From Eledone cirrhosa (lineage: Eukaryota), in NCBI GenBank assembly GCA_964016885.1, contig OZ024740.1:235166001-235230000 (forward strand): a stretch of DNA of 64,000 nucleotides, read 5' to 3'. The stretch's first letter is position 1; each line of letters starts with the position of its first letter. Made by a program: the position numbers and the translations under genes. The notes beneath the pieces were generated by a model, which saw only the letters and a program-made list of their open reading frames with translations, was not told the DNA's origin and ran no database searches. Shown here in pieces: positions 14,936-28,783 of the stretch.

Positions 14936-15875
14936 TCTTTTATGTTTGGAATTCACTTTCTGCTGCTTTATTAAAGCCTTTTCCAATTTTTTTTCTTCTA
15001 ATTGGAAGTTTTTTTTTTTTTTGTTTTTGTTTTTTTTTTCCACCTTGTGCACTTTCATTTCATTTGCTGTTCTTGTATTGCAATTGACCCATTTTTTAAT
15101 CTTCCCCAATCCACACACTCATCTCACTGAAGACCAGTTTGAAATGAAAAACTCTCCTCTCTTTACTCACTAACTGGCTTTTAGTAGATGTGGTGTGAGA
15201 CTATTCTAATATTTAAGAAAAGCCTTGCTTGAAATATTATTTTCTTTCCTTGTCTATATTTTAAACTTCATTGAATTGTTGCCAACCAAAATCACCTTGT
15301 CACTTCAAATTCTAATTTTTTTTATTATTTTTACATCAAACTACCCTGCTTTTATGATACAAAACTATTTATCTTAAAAGGTGTTTGTATCTATTTTAAA
15401 ACCTTCCACATTAAGTTTGTTTCAAACACCAACTTGATAATGAACAATGTCTTTCATTAGAAATATGGTAACAAAAGTGTTAACTTTGTCTTTTAATGAT
15501 ATGGCATTTTTTGCTGTGCTGAACTATTTAGTGTTAAATGAGCTCAAATTTTGCTATGATCATTGTGTTCTCTCACTAAATAAGGTAGTATTATTCCCTT
15601 GGGTCAGTTTAAATTGTAGTCAAAACATCCAGCTTATTGACAATTTATAGCAATATATTCATTAATTTTTAAAAAAAATGAAATTTATAGGTCACATCTA
15701 TCAGCTCGGCTCATATGAGGTTGTATTTCAATGATAGGGGGAGGAGGTTATATCAAGCAATGTGAAAGGACAAATTTTGCTCATAAATGTACTGTGCCCA
15801 GGCTAGGAATCAAACCTGCAATTTATGTTCATGCATCTAACAGCCTAACGACTAGGCCACACATGTCCAACATTC

Positions 15876-17078
15876 GCTCGATAAAATAAAGTACCTGTAA
15901 TGTACTGGGTAATTGCTGGCCTTGTGCCAAAAGTAGAAACAACTATTAACAGATGGCGGTGGATTGACAGGATCAGACGCCGTGCTTTGGCACATAGTTA
16001 CGGCCCTTGCCATTCTGAGTTCAAATCCCGCCGAGGTTAACTTTGCCTTTCATCCTTATGGGGGTCGATAAAATAAAGTACCAGTAATGCACTGGGTAAT
16101 TGCTGGCCTTGTGCCAAAAGTAGAAACAATTAACAGATAATAAATAATTTTTCAACATTTAACCCCCACCCACACACTATAAACTTTTACTGCTATTTTG
16201 TAACCATAAATATATATATATATATATATATATAAGTATCAAAGTTTCTTGGCATGGATCTACAACCTGATTAATGATATTCTACTACAGTGAGATATAG
16301 TGAAGTAGAGTATCACTTAACAGGTTGTACATGTACAATGAAAGACTTTGGCAGTATCGTTAAAGCATTAGACAAATGCTCAGTAGTATTTGTCTCAGCT
16401 CTTTAGGTTCCGAGTTCAAATCCTGCCAAGATAGACAAATAAAATCCAAGTCACTAGGGTCATTATAATCACTTTTCCTTTTCCTCAATATTTGCTGGCC
16501 TTGTGCCAAAATTATTAGGGCAGTGGATTGGCTGAATCATTAGTGTCAGGCAAACTGTTTGTCCTGAGTTCAAATCCCGCTATGATCAATTTTACCCTTC
16601 CTTTTGGGATCGATAAACTAGTCGAAATAATCAACTTTTCCGTTCCCCGAAAATTGCTGGCCTTGTGCCAAAATTAGAAATTATTATTATTATTGTAGGC
16701 GGTGGATTGACAGTATCTGTAGAGGGTCGGATGCCATGCTTTGCAGCATAGAGTTGCCACCATTTATGATATGAGTTCAAATCCCGCCGAGGTTAACTTT
16801 ACCTTTCGTCCTTACGGCGTCGATAAAATAAAGTACCAGTAATGCACTGGGTAATTGCTGGCCTTGTGCCAAAAGTAGAAACAATTATTATTGTAATAAT
16901 TGGTAGAAAATTAGACCTGCTTTACATTCTGAATTCAAATCCTGCCATGATTAGCTTTGCCTTACATATTTATAGAGTCGATAAAATAAAGTACCAGTAA
17001 CGCACTGGGGACCAATTCAATCAACTTTCCCCTGCCCCCAAAATTGCTGGCCTTGTGCCTAAAGCAGAAATTATTGTA
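15876..17078 (+). mobile_element. Head-to-tail cluster of ~6 tRNA-derived SINEs (Nin/Deu-type central domain)
   Basis: Repeated GAGTTCAAATCC (B box), TTTGCCTTTCATCC..GGGGTCGATAAAATAAAGTACCAG core and GCTGGCCTTGTGCCAAAAGTAGAAAC(ATT)n tail; near-full copies at 15955-16128 and 16698-16883. Confidence 0.9.
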
Positions 17079-17311
17079 TTTCATACAGTAAAAGTGAATA
17101 TACACTGTGGGCGTGCGCGTTTTCATAATGGCTACAATGTCACTACCATGCTACAGTTGATTTAGTTCCAACAGGATGTTTGAAATTAAGTTCAAAATAT
17201 ATTTTGTTCAGGCATGACTGTGTGGTTAAGAGATTTGTTTTACAATCATGTGGTTTTGGTTTAGAGTTTTCTTGTGAGGGAAGTTGGTAGACTAACTATA
17301 ACAAGGCATAT

Positions 17312-20300
17312 TTTGTGTGTGTGTGTATATATATATTTTTTAAAAAAGGAACAGAATAACTTCAGGTGTAGTGTTGGCGAATCTCAGGAAACATGAGATT
17401 TTAAAGGATGCAGTGTCTTGCCAGCTAATAACTGATGCAGGTAGTTTGTTCCATGCTTCAGCAACTCTGAGCGTGAAAAAATGTTTCCAAATGTCATGGG
17501 AGCTGTGCTGTTTTCTGACTTTGTAGGCGTGCCCACATGCGTTAGACACATGGAAATCAAGAAGGTGCTCAGGGTTGTTGTTGGCAAGATGGTTAATAAC
17601 TTTGTGGGTGTTTACCAAGTCAGTTGCCAGACGTCGGAGCTTCAATGTATCCATGCCCAGGGAAGCAAGGTGTTCAGTATATGGTAGATGCCTGATGGAG
17701 GGTATTCGCTTGGTTGCACGTCTCTGAACAGTTTCCAGATGGTCGATGTTCTGAGCAAGATAGGGGTTCCAGACTGATGATGCAAATTCTAAGTGTGGCC
17801 ACATAGCTATATACAGTTATAAATAAATAGCTGGAGAGTGTCTGAGACAGGTCTTGCTGAGTGATGCTAAGACACCCTCGGGCTTCTTGACAATTTTAGA
17901 GATGTGCTTCGTCCAACACAAATCGCTGCTGACGGTAATGCCCAGGTCACGCTCACAAGAAGACTTCTTGATATTAGTGTTGTGGAGGGAGTATGTGGAC
18001 GCTGGGTTTTTACTCCCAAAATGCATGGTGATACACTTGTCTACAGTCTGATCCATTGTTGCATTGTGTCCAGGTCTGATTGCGGGCAAGATCTATAGTG
18101 TTCAGGATATGTCCTTTTTATCTCAAGGTACAGCTTGATATCATCTGCATATTTCAGTACTGTGGCATTCTTTAAGTTAGCATCTATGTTATTAATATAT
18201 GCCACAAACAAAAGGGGGCCAAGAACAGATCCCATCTCATATGGTGAGGAATGTTGTCCTAGAACCGTGACCACCTCTCTTTGACTAAGACTGAAGGACT
18301 TCAACCAGTTAAAAAGATCATCCTTCACACCCATTGCAGAGAGTTTTGCCATAAGTCTTTTTTTTTTTTTGTGTGGTACAGAATTGAAAGCTTTAGCAAA
18401 GTCAAGGTAAACAACATCCACCCATGAGCCGCCATCAGTGATCCGGGTGATGTCTTCAAGAAACTCGATAAGTTGAGTTAGGGATAAATCAAAATTGTGA
18501 GGGCCGGATAAGACTGAGTTCCAAAGTGTTTCTCTGACAGGATTCCATCAGTTTGGCAATGTCGATAGTTGACAGGTGATGTGCAGTCACCCTTTTTGAA
18601 CAGAGGAATGACACTGGCAGTTTTCCACTGTTCTGGAATGGAAGCGTGATAGCTGGGGGTGCAGAAGTAAGTCCTCACCACTTTTAAGAAGCCGGTACGT
18701 AACACCATCAAGACTAGGAGAGGCATGGTTGCATTTATTTTTAAGGTGAGACATCACAGCATTGCAGGTGTAAATTCTATAGTTGTAATAGAATCCAATG
18801 CCAGAGGTGGTGGAGATGGTACACTCTGGTCTTCAACAGTGAAAATGCCTGCATAACATTCAGCAATAAGTTCTGCGCATTCCTTGGAGTTGTCAGTAAC
18901 CTGGCTTGTGTGGGGATTGCAAAGGACCAACTGGAGAGTGAGGCCTCTGCTTTTTTGAGTGTACATACTTCCAGAACACCTGTCAGGTTTGGTTGCTATG
19001 CGCTGCTCAAATTCAAGCACTGCAGTTTTTGACGGATGATTTTTGCTTTTTCCTATTGATATCCGATTTATAATAACTGTTTCAGGAGTAGTGGTGAAGA
19101 GTAGAACCAATGTGTTGTCACCTCTTGTTGGGAAGGTGACTACGTGGGACCACTTCGAGTCCAGCACTAGCTCAAGGAAATCATTTGCGGCCAACGAAAG
19201 GTTTCCCAGTCAATCTCAAGGTGATTGAAGTCCCCTACAATGAAAACATAAGTGGCTTTTTTTCCTGGCACCAGCTCTAGGGATATCAAAAAGTTGAGTG
19301 TCCTGATGGTAAACAACTCCAAGTAACAGTGTTGACATGGTCATATGTATATCACAGAAAAATACTTCTTGCTGCGATTGGTTCAAATCAACACGGAATT
19401 GCTGAAAAGTTTGAACGAACGTAGACCATTACACCACCACAATGACAATTAATATGATTTTTACGAAACTAGTAACCAGTTATGCTGAAAACCCCATCAC
19501 ACAGTAAGGAATGTGCCCATGTTTCCGTGACGAATGAAGTTCGGGTCGATACTTTTGACGTAGGAGTCAAAAACATGTATCTTATTGCATAGACTAAGTG
19601 CATTTAAGGACAATTTATACCTTGATTTCAGTTTGATTATATGCAGGGGATGGTAGTTTGTTCTGATTTAGTTTGCCAGTTGTTTTCAGACCAACTGGTA
19701 TCTCTTTTCCATGTTTCACCAGCCTTAATAAACTTCCATATCTGCCCATCATCACGTAGGCTGAAATTGCGGTTTGAGGAAGCTGCAACATGCAGCTTTG
19801 GGTGTACATCAGGTGGAAGACCAGGGCGTGTTCGGAAGGCAAACCGACTTTCAGGCTTAGCTTTATCAGAGGCTAAAAGATATGAATGTGCTTCAGTTGA
19901 GTTAAAAAAAGACAGTCTGATCAGCCAAGGCAGAGAGCACAGCCCCAGTCTTTGGATTAACTGGCATCAACTATGTCTTCTGATACACCAATGGCAATAA
20001 CATCGTGGTTTACAGATTCAGTGGCATTCTCAATGCATCTAGATTTGGCAAGAGGTACACAGATTTTTAACAAGGCACTCCGGTAGATCCCTCATTGTGA
20101 GGTTCTATACAAACTCTTGATTTGATTCCTGCTATTTCCCGGCTTAAAGCGGAAATTATTTGTAGTATTTCCGCGAACTCCGTATTGACGGTTAAAATTT
20201 TTTTTTTTTTTTTGTTCTTCAATAGGCATGGTAGGGGAAGACACAGTTGTCGGTTGTTGTTGAGAAGTAACGGGGGAGGAAGACATGGGTTGCTGTTGTT

Positions 20301-20760
20301 GATGAAGTCCTTCAACAGAAACAGAAGCAGTAGCGGAAGTTACGGTCGTTGGTTTTTGTCGTTCAGGAACAATGGTAGAGGAAGACACGATCTTCGGTTT
20401 TTGTTGTTCAACAGCAATGGTAGAGGCAGACATAGAAGCCAGGCACTGAAAGGACCAATTTGGTAGCTGGACCATTTCCCAGAGCCCATCCATCATAGAA
20501 GTATGTTGTCTCTTTTTCTGGCCTGGGATCTTTCGAAAGTTTGTGGCACATTGAAAGCAATCAGCAACATGACATTTGTCACATTCGACCCATCGATTTC
20601 GGAAGGAGTTCTCTGGTTCTGTACATAGATAAGACATAATTTTCTGGGCAATGTTCTATTTTAGAACATCGCCCAGTTTTATCACACACTTCATCCATGG
20701 ATGTCACAATAGTTATTGTCCTGTCTGTCCATCTGTACAGTAGAATAAAATGTAAGTGTA
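17312..20760 (-). mobile_element. Decayed near-full-length CR1-group LINE: ORF1 with PHD-like Cys cluster; ORF2 with APE endonuclease and reverse transcriptase; frameshifted
   Basis: ORF1 CLIC/CTEPE...WVECDKCHVADCFQC...WSFQC; APE LNALSLCNK..VTETW, VGDFN, TFPTRGDNTL; RT WKTASVIPLFKKGD..VNYR, DVVYLDFAKAF, GSVLGPLLF, KYADDIKLY; CR1-type C-terminus HLEFASSVWNPY..VQRRATK..RVAEAWNKLP; microsatellite tail. Confidence 0.93.
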
Positions 20761-21508
20761 AACAAATAAATATACTGCGTAAGTTTAGCACATTTGTTAA
20801 CGAGATAAATACAATGTTTGTTTTTTGTTTTCCTATGTATTGTGTGTGTGTGTATGCAAAAAGATCTGCACATAATTATATATATATATATAATTAAAAG
20901 GTGTATGTGGGTTAAAAGTGAAGTCAATGTTCAGAATGATTTTATAATGTACGTAAGATTGGCCGGTATAGTCTCACACGAAATAGTGTGGTTTCTTTTC
21001 ACTTGGGTGGTATGTATCTATATATAAATCTGTGTGTATATTTTTGTTTATAGATTTTGCAAAGTGCTTACTGTGATCCCTAACGGATGTAGTGATTTAT
21101 TGTTTTCGTTCATATCCACGTAGTTTGTTGGCAAATCAGATATACTTCATGAAAGTAATTTTATGTTGAAGCTAGTACTAATAGTATTTGTAATAATCAA
21201 TATTGTAATTCATCTGATGTGTTTGGCGGTTTTAGGTCATATTATATTTAGTTTGGGAAGGCGTGGTCAAACGTCCTTATCGCCAGATTCAGGATAGGAG
21301 GACTCTTCAGATGTGTTAAGGACATGAAAACCTTACTAGTGTTAGTGTCATAAAATGCACTTAGTAGTGTGTAAGAATGTATGCAAGAGATTGCCTCAAA
21401 AGATTAGTCTACCAGGTATAATCAAGAGCTTGCTTCTTATATTTAGATTGCTGAATACACCCTTATCCTTGAGATGAACAAAACAAATACAATTTTTCTT
21501 TAAATACC

Positions 21509-21514
21509 TTTAAT
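21509..21514 (-). terminator. Candidate PDHB polyadenylation signal ATTAAA
   Basis: ATTAAA on - strand ~440 nt after the stop, followed ~20 nt later by a GU/U-rich tract (TTGTATTTGTTTTGTT). Confidence 0.45.
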
Positions 21515-21955
21515 TCTCCAAAGTGTGACCATTAGCATTATTGCGAAAAAATCTGCCAAATTTCATCATAGGAAAATATAACAATTTTTAATTAATTCAT
21601 TTTAAATAATAACAAAAAAGGTTTGTTTCCTAGAAATATCTAGATCAAAGGACAATTCCATGATAAATAGTTTACTAGAATTTCTGATATCCACCAGATG
21701 TTTATGTGTCCCAATGACAAACCTTTAGCTCTTGATAAAAATGTTTGGAGGTAGAAGAATCAATTAAAAATTAAGCTCTACTGATAATTAACTTTTTGAA
21801 AAAAAAAAAAATTTCTAGATGATTGGTTGGAGGAGAGTAGTTGATATGGAACTTGGCTTTCCTGCCAGATTGAAAATCCAGTTTGGTCAGTGGTCAAAGA
21901 TGTTATCGTCTATTAAGAAACGGAGCGAGTGATATTGTCCTGTATGGTTATTTAT

Positions 21956-22104
21956 TTATGCTATATTCAGAGATTTCTTCACAGATTTGATAATATTAAA
22001 TGGCTGTGGTAAAGCTCCCTCTTCCAGCACTTTCGCATAGGGCATCGGGACATCAGCACCTGTAACACGGACCACTGCAGAGTCTAGGTAGTTAAATGCA
22101 GGAC
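21956..22104 (-). CDS. PDHB: PDHB exon 12 (terminal)
   Basis: ttccag|GT; (S)[51 protein letters not shown]. Confidence 0.96.
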
Positions 22105-22409
22105 CTGGAAAAAGAGAACCAATCCCAAGTAGAATCATGACAAGAGAGTAAGTACAGTTTAGTCAAGATGGCACAGGCTGTTAGTTCAAATACTGCCTAA
22201 AGTAATTGACTTATACCAGATTGGTTAAAACAAAGATTTTAATGATTTGAAAGTGTTGTAGTGGATGAGAAAAAAATTCTAGTGTTTCATATGGATCATT
22301 AGCAGACAGCTTCTAGAACCTCACATAGCCAATTACTGAATGACAGAGTATACTGTGTTGTCCAAAAGGGAAACCTGACATATCTAGGACATTATCATCA
22401 TTTCAATAT

Positions 22410-23010
22410 CTGCTTTTCCTGTTAGCAAGAGTTGGATGGGTCTACATAGACCAAGTCATTACTGAAGTGGAGCCACTGATCTCTCAGGCGGGCCAGAGAT
22501 CTGTGTCTTGCTTTATATATTGTTGATGCTCCACTGAGTGCAGAAGAGGTCATGTCTTTGACAGACCTGAGAGTCCTAACCCTTTTGTTTGGCTGGATGC
22601 CCTTCCTATCACCAACCACTTTACTGGATGTTTGTGTAGATCACCAAACATTAGGGAAGCTGTCATGTCCATGACTGATGGATCCTCCCAACCCTTTGTT
22701 TAACCCCTACAGCTGAATTCCCTTCCAATCACGGTTGAGGATTGTTAGTGGAGGTGGGGGCATGGGTGAAGATTAGATCACATTGTATGCTGCAGGTCAG
22801 GTCTTCCTCAGCACTGCATAGCACTAGTCCTTGCAGTCTTTAGTCATTTCTGTTGTGAGGTTTAGTTTTTCACAACCTCACCTCATGTCTGCCTCTTCCA
22901 CAGGTCCCAGCAAATGGGGTTTCTCTGTATGCAGCTGCTATCTTCTATGCACATCACATGTACATACCAACACATCTCTCTTGCACACTACATCCAATGC
23001 CATGGGACCT
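22410..23010 (-). mobile_element. Dispersed repeat with RTE-type tail plus degenerate RTE LINE 3' fragment
   Basis: 22415-22650 resembles 26150-26480 (shared GGATGCCCTT motif); 22790-23010 resembles the RTE 3' coding ends at 31216-31480 and 60830-61070. Confidence 0.55.
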
Positions 23011-23303
23011 ATTTTTTTTATTTTTTTTTTATCATGTCTTTCCTAAATATTTAAGTAGATATCTGAATGGCTGAATTTGTGTAATCACTTGTTAACTGTA
23101 GTAACAAAATCCCTTTGTTTTAAAATAAGAACCAGGCAAAACAGTTAAAGAATCTGTTTTAGAAGTCTCTCAAAATTGCACAATGTAATACCTAAATCTC
23201 TCTTAAACTCCCTGCTATTTTTAAAATATGGATCACTTGAGCTGTAATAGAGTTTCTATGTAATCAGTTGACTTGCTTGATGTAATAGCTAAATCACCTT
23301 TAA

Positions 23304-23478
23304 CCCTTTAGCTAACATTACTCTATATTTACTATTGTATTTTTGTGGTAAAGGCTTACATAATATTGAATCTATAAGATTTTGATGTTATTTGTTTTCA
23401 GAACAATACCTTAACATCAGTATGAACAGAAAGGGGAGAGAATTCAGGCCAGATATGGTTGATTTAAATGCTAAGGGG
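23304..23478. mobile_element. piggyBac-like MITE, family 1
   Basis: TTAA|CCCTTTAGC ... GCTAAGGGG|TTAA; second copy at 30504-30703. Confidence 0.8.
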
Positions 23479-23814
23479 TTAATGCACAGTACAATTAATC
23501 ACAAGGTGCCTCTTAAGTTAAATCAATATCATCGTGGTATAGACTGGTAAGTGCATGTAGTTGTTTAGATAAAGCAGGTTATTCACTTGTCTTCTCATAA
23601 ATACCATGCACTAACTGACCTGACCCCTCTTATAAATACCACACAATAATTGGCTATTCCCTCTCATAAATAAACATCATTCAGCAACTGACCTGTCCTT
23701 TCTTATAAATATACAATAACTAGTTTGTCCTCTTCCGATATCACTCACTAAGTATTCAGTAATTGGTCTGTACTGTTAGTATTACCTAATACAATGTGAA
23801 AAGTTAATACTTAC

Positions 23815-23956
23815 TTTCAATGATCCTTGCACAAATCTCTGCGCCAATCCCACATTGTGGCCAACCTCCTTCAACTGTCACCAAATGATTTGTCTTCATT
23901 ACAGAGTTCACAATAGTCTCCTCATCTAGTGGACGTAGTGTACGTAAGTTGATCAC
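23815..23956 (-). CDS. PDHB: PDHB exon 11
   Basis: ttacag|[48 protein letters not shown]|gtaagt; 142 nt. Confidence 0.96.
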
Positions 23957-24345
23957 CTGTAAATATGTGTAGGAGTTGAGTGTTGTTGTTCCGTAGCACA
24001 CATGGATTATATGGACATTTGGGACAGATATAGGAGTGTGTTGTATACAAAGTTCTTCAAGGCCTATACATCAGGTCACTGCAGATACCAGATAGACAGA
24101 CAGATGGAGTAGGGAGTGGAATCTGTTTTTTTACTCCAAATTGTCTGATCAAAGAAAAAATACTTAGGTGTCTTGCACTAACGTACAACACCATAGAAGT
24201 TATAAGATGTGAACTTATAACTAGTGATGCTGATTGACTTTTCTAAAATCAGCTATAATTTTGATGGAGGAATTCAGCTGCAAGTCAAGTGACAGGAGAG
24301 GTGGGCTCATTTAGGTTCAGTAGTGAGTGAAGACAAAAGACTTAC

Positions 24346-24437
24346 CTCACACTCAACACCTAAATTTTCCAATTCTTTAGCTGCTTCTAAACATGTACCA
24401 ACTGTCTTGGAGAAGGACACTAATGTTACATGGTTAC
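24346..24437 (-). CDS. PDHB: PDHB exon 10
   Basis: cttag|(G)NHVTLVSFSKTVGTCLEAAKELENLGVECE|gtaagt; 92 nt. Confidence 0.95.
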
Positions 24438-25523
24438 CTAAGGGGTAGAGATAACATATATAGGTTAACGAACACAATTTGAACCCATAACCTCATAGAA
24501 TATAACTTAACAGCAGATAATATGTTGACACACGTGTACATCCACACACACTCTCTGAAGTTATAGTTTTCCCATGTAGATACTGCTGAAGCAGAGGCCA
24601 AACAGTTTGTCCTCTGAAATCATCTACATCAGTTAATAACAACTCCTTTCCATATCACTAGCAGACATACTGACATACCAAATTCCCTTGATTTGTCTAC
24701 TCCAAACCCAGTTTGCACCCAACCATCAGTCGAATCTCCTGATGGAGTTGTAAGGATACTGTACTGACACATGGCATGTCCTGAGTATTTTAAACCTGGC
24801 AGCGCCCATCCCCCTCCAAGTTGGAAGACAGCCTATTTCTTCTAGAGAATGAAAGAAAAAAAAAATCAACCCTCATCGCCTAGACTGGTGCTTTATTGAC
24901 TTCGAAAGGATGAAAGGTAAAGTTGACTTGAAAGCACTAGAACTAATACCAAGGCATATTAGGCACTAATGACAGACAATTTGTTACCTTTGGATCTTCT
25001 GATCGCTGCTTAATTACTGCAATGTATCCAACATACTCCTTCCACACAAGGTAGCCACATTCCAAGTCAAATAGTTGGTTGAAATTGCCACTGTTTAACT
25101 CTGGTTTATCTAAGATTGACTAGATGAGAAAGAAATTTGAACTTGGAAAAGATGTAAGTCTACCACAGCTAACGTTTCTCACAAGAGGAATTAAGTTCAG
25201 CACAAACCACTCAGCTATTCTATGCTTCTTTACTGCTTAGAGCAGCAAGTTAAATACTACTTTCTAATACCAACTTACTCCAAGGTGGACTACACTGGTG
25301 AATGACAGGATATGAAGTGATGACTTGAGCTAAGTATGTCACATTCGCACACACAACAAACCTACTCAACTTATATATAAACCTCCCACCACTATACAAG
25401 ACTAATAGTACTCTACTACATATCACATTTACATGAAAAGACTACCTATAAACACCACAGTACACACTCCTCCTGCATATGCAGCATTAATGCTAAACAC
25501 AAGACTAAAATAGATTTACCTAC

Positions 25524-25634
25524 CTGCACGTTCTATCTTAGCTTTACCAATTGGGATTAGGAAATCAGGTGACAAGGATTCTTCTGACATATCAAATGGT
25601 ATACCATACATCAGTTCATTTTCTAAACAGACAA
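25524..25634 (-). CDS. PDHB: PDHB exon 9
   Basis: ttgcag|(V)[37 protein letters not shown]|gtaggt; 111 nt. Confidence 0.95.
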
Positions 25635-27704
25635 CTGCAAAAGAAGATATATATATGATAATGTCTGTCTTCCACATTTGGTGGCTGTTGCTGTCTGATT
25701 ACATATACCTTGTTTGAGAAGATGGTTGGTCTGTGTTTGATTTGGTGGGTGAGTATGGTTTGGTTTGGCAGAGTCATGAGTACAGGTTGGCATTCAGTTT
25801 AGGGTGTTGGCAAAAAGATTGGAGCAATAACAGTCATATGACAGACAAAAATCCCAAAACATGAGTCTGACATTCTCAGACAGCTGCTGAGATAGTTGTG
25901 ACATGATCACGGCTTAAAACGCTGTGTATCTAGTTTAGAATAGGTACAACATATCCCAGCATGTCGTATACTATGTGTATCCAGTTTAGAATAGGTACAA
26001 CATATCCCTGTGAGCTGTAAGAAGCAACTAAAAGGATTGGTGTCAGGAAAAGCATCCAATTGTAAAACAGCTGGGAGCAGAAGCTCACTTGATCAAATAT
26101 ATCATAGCAGTTCCCAACACAGAAGATTGAGGAAATTTTATTTAACGTTTGTCTTCCCTGTTAGCAAGGGTTAGACAGATTTTCATAGACTGAGTCATTA
26201 CTCAAGCAGAGCTAGTGACCTCTCAGATGGGCTGTGAGACCCACATCTCATTTACATGCATTCCCATATTCTACTGATTATCAGATGGGTGTAGGGCTAC
26301 ATCTCACATATGTTCCTGCACTTTGTTGAGTGCATTTTATCTTATAACACCAGCCCTAGGAAGGTTGTCGTGACCCTATGTTTTGCAGGTTTTCTACAGT
26401 CGGATGCCCTTCATATCACCAACTACTTTACAGAGTGTACAGAGAACATTTATTGTGTAGATCACCAGCATTTGAGAGGTAGTTTTACAGACATAGATTA
26501 TTAGGTTCAAATAGATGCTTGCCTGTTGCCTTTTCCAAATAAGCATGAAGTCTTAAAATTTTGGTGACAATTCAAGTAAGAGATGTGCCTTTGAAGAATA
26601 TTTGCTATGTAAGTGAAATAATCAGGATTTGAAACCAGGTCACAGGCTCCTCTCATAAGGAGCTTACCTTTTTTCTTTTCTTTTATCTTTTCACACTGCA
26701 TTGATAAAAGTCATAGGTTCATTATTTCTAGAAGTTAAGTAAGATTCTAAGAAAAAGATAACTTTCGTAACTCAAAATCTTAGTAAACACCAAGTAAAAA
26801 TACTGTCTACATATCATAATGAATGAAGTATACTACTTCTAAATAGCACAGCATAAGGTATGGGCATTGAATGTGAAAGATCTGTGGAAGATATAGAGAA
26901 ATAAGATAAGTAAGATCTGTTAGATGTGTAATAATAACAACTTGTATGGACCACAGAGGACAAGTGAGCTGAGATGTTGTCTTGATATTAAAAACATCAG
27001 CTGATGTATGTAGGAGAGATGACTGTGCTAGTATGGTTGTGTAATGATGAGAAAGTAGTGTGTAATGTCAGTAGTAGGCATCTGTGACAGAGGAAATTGT
27101 AAAAAGATGTGATGAAGCCAGATTTTAGGATCTTGGGCTTCACAGTTCAGATGTCAAAAGATTGAGACACATTGCAATATACTGAACAGCAGACCCAGCC
27201 AATCAATGACAACATGGAAGAAAAGATGCTAAAATATTTTTGATGATTACGATTATGAAGAAAAAAAAATAGCTTGAAATATCAGCATGATTTCAGAGGT
27301 CAGGTGCTGCGACATTCGGCTGCTTCATAAAAACCTAAGTAATTAAAATGAAATAGTTTTGAATGTGAATTCAAACCATATTGAAGACTAGTTTTCTTAG
27401 AACTTACTACCAGTTCCTGAATACTTGTTACAAGGAAACAAGGATGATTGACAAAGTATCAGAAACGGTTGTTTTTTTTGTGGGGAGGGTATATAGTTAA
27501 TCATTGATATTTATTCAATCAAATCTTTGATTATTTAAAAATTATAAGCTATGATTTCATTAGAAATATGGCAATGGAAGGGTTAAGAGAGTTGACCAGT
27601 ATTGTCAAACAATAAACTTCACAATATCATTGTCAGAAGTCAGACATTCTAGCAGCAAAATGATAAAAGCAAGACATAGAAAAAGCATTAATAGAAGTAC
27701 TTAC

Positions 27705-27882
27705 CAGGATTTGGATCTCTGACAGCTGATTTTAGCAGGCCTTTAGCATCTTCTGAGGAATATGGAGAAACAACCTTGAGACCTGGACACTGGCTATACC
27801 AGGAAGCAAAACACTGAGAATGCTGGGCACCCACACCAACTGCAGCACCATTTGGACCCCGAAAAACAATGGGGATATTTAC
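27705..27882 (-). CDS. PDHB: PDHB exon 8
   Basis: tttcag|[60 protein letters not shown]|gtaagt; 178 nt. Confidence 0.97.
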
Positions 27883-28107
27883 CTGAAAATTAAAAGTGTA
27901 AGTTAAAGTCAATAGTAATGGCCAGTGAAAGGTAAGTAGCAGAGAGAGAGACGGGGTAGCATGTTAGAAACGAGGTAGAAGTTAGAGAGAGAGGGGGAGG
28001 GAGATGGTATAAGTGAGAAACAGGGTAGAAGTTAGAGAGAGAGAAAGAGACAGCAGAAATTAAAAAGAGAAAGGAATGATAGAAGAGAGAGGAGGGACAG
28101 TACTTAC

Positions 28108-28152
28108 AGCGCCAGCTGACATGTAAAAGGTTTTAGCTGCTGAATTGATGAT
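28108..28152 (-). CDS. PDHB: PDHB exon 7
   Basis: ttccag|IINSAAKTFYMSAGA|gtaagt; 45 nt. Confidence 0.95.
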
Positions 28153-28254
28153 CTGGAAAATATAATAGAATACATTTGGTAGTCTAAACTGGAATACACT
28201 TCACTGTGTGTGACAGTGAAACTGTCTAGAAACTAAACATTACAACCTCAGCTA

Positions 28255-28620
28255 GTACTACTACTAGAGATGCTATATTCACCACCACTACTACTACTAC
28301 TACGGATGCTATAATCAACACTACTACTACTACTACAGATGCTATAATCACCATCACTTCAATCACAGATGCTACAGCTACCACCACTACTACTACTATC
28401 ACATGCTACAACCATCACCACCACTACTACTATCACAGACACCACCACCAATACTAATACTACCAAAAAAAACTACAAACATCACCACTGTACTACTTCA
28501 ACTATCACCATTACTACTAACACAAATGCTACCACCATCATCATCACTATTACTATACCATACATACTATAAAAATTACCACCACTACAACCACACAGAG
28601 ACACACTGTCACCATCACCT
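28255..28620. repeat. Degenerate (ACT)n/(ACC)n trinucleotide low-complexity tract in PDHB intron 6
   Basis: Visible triplet runs. Confidence 0.8.
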
Positions 28621-28636
28621 CATATAAAAAAGGCTA

Positions 28637-28783
<147 letters not shown>

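Noticed and set aside
11150-15650. Short ORFs downstream of the LEMD3 stop as extra genes
   Set aside because: Microsatellite- or homopolymer-derived, no domain similarity or coherent exon structure; more consistent with 3' UTR or intergenic DNA
15955-16040. SINE heads as tRNA genes
   Set aside because: Only A/B-box remnants; no cloverleaf; each continues into a SINE core and tail
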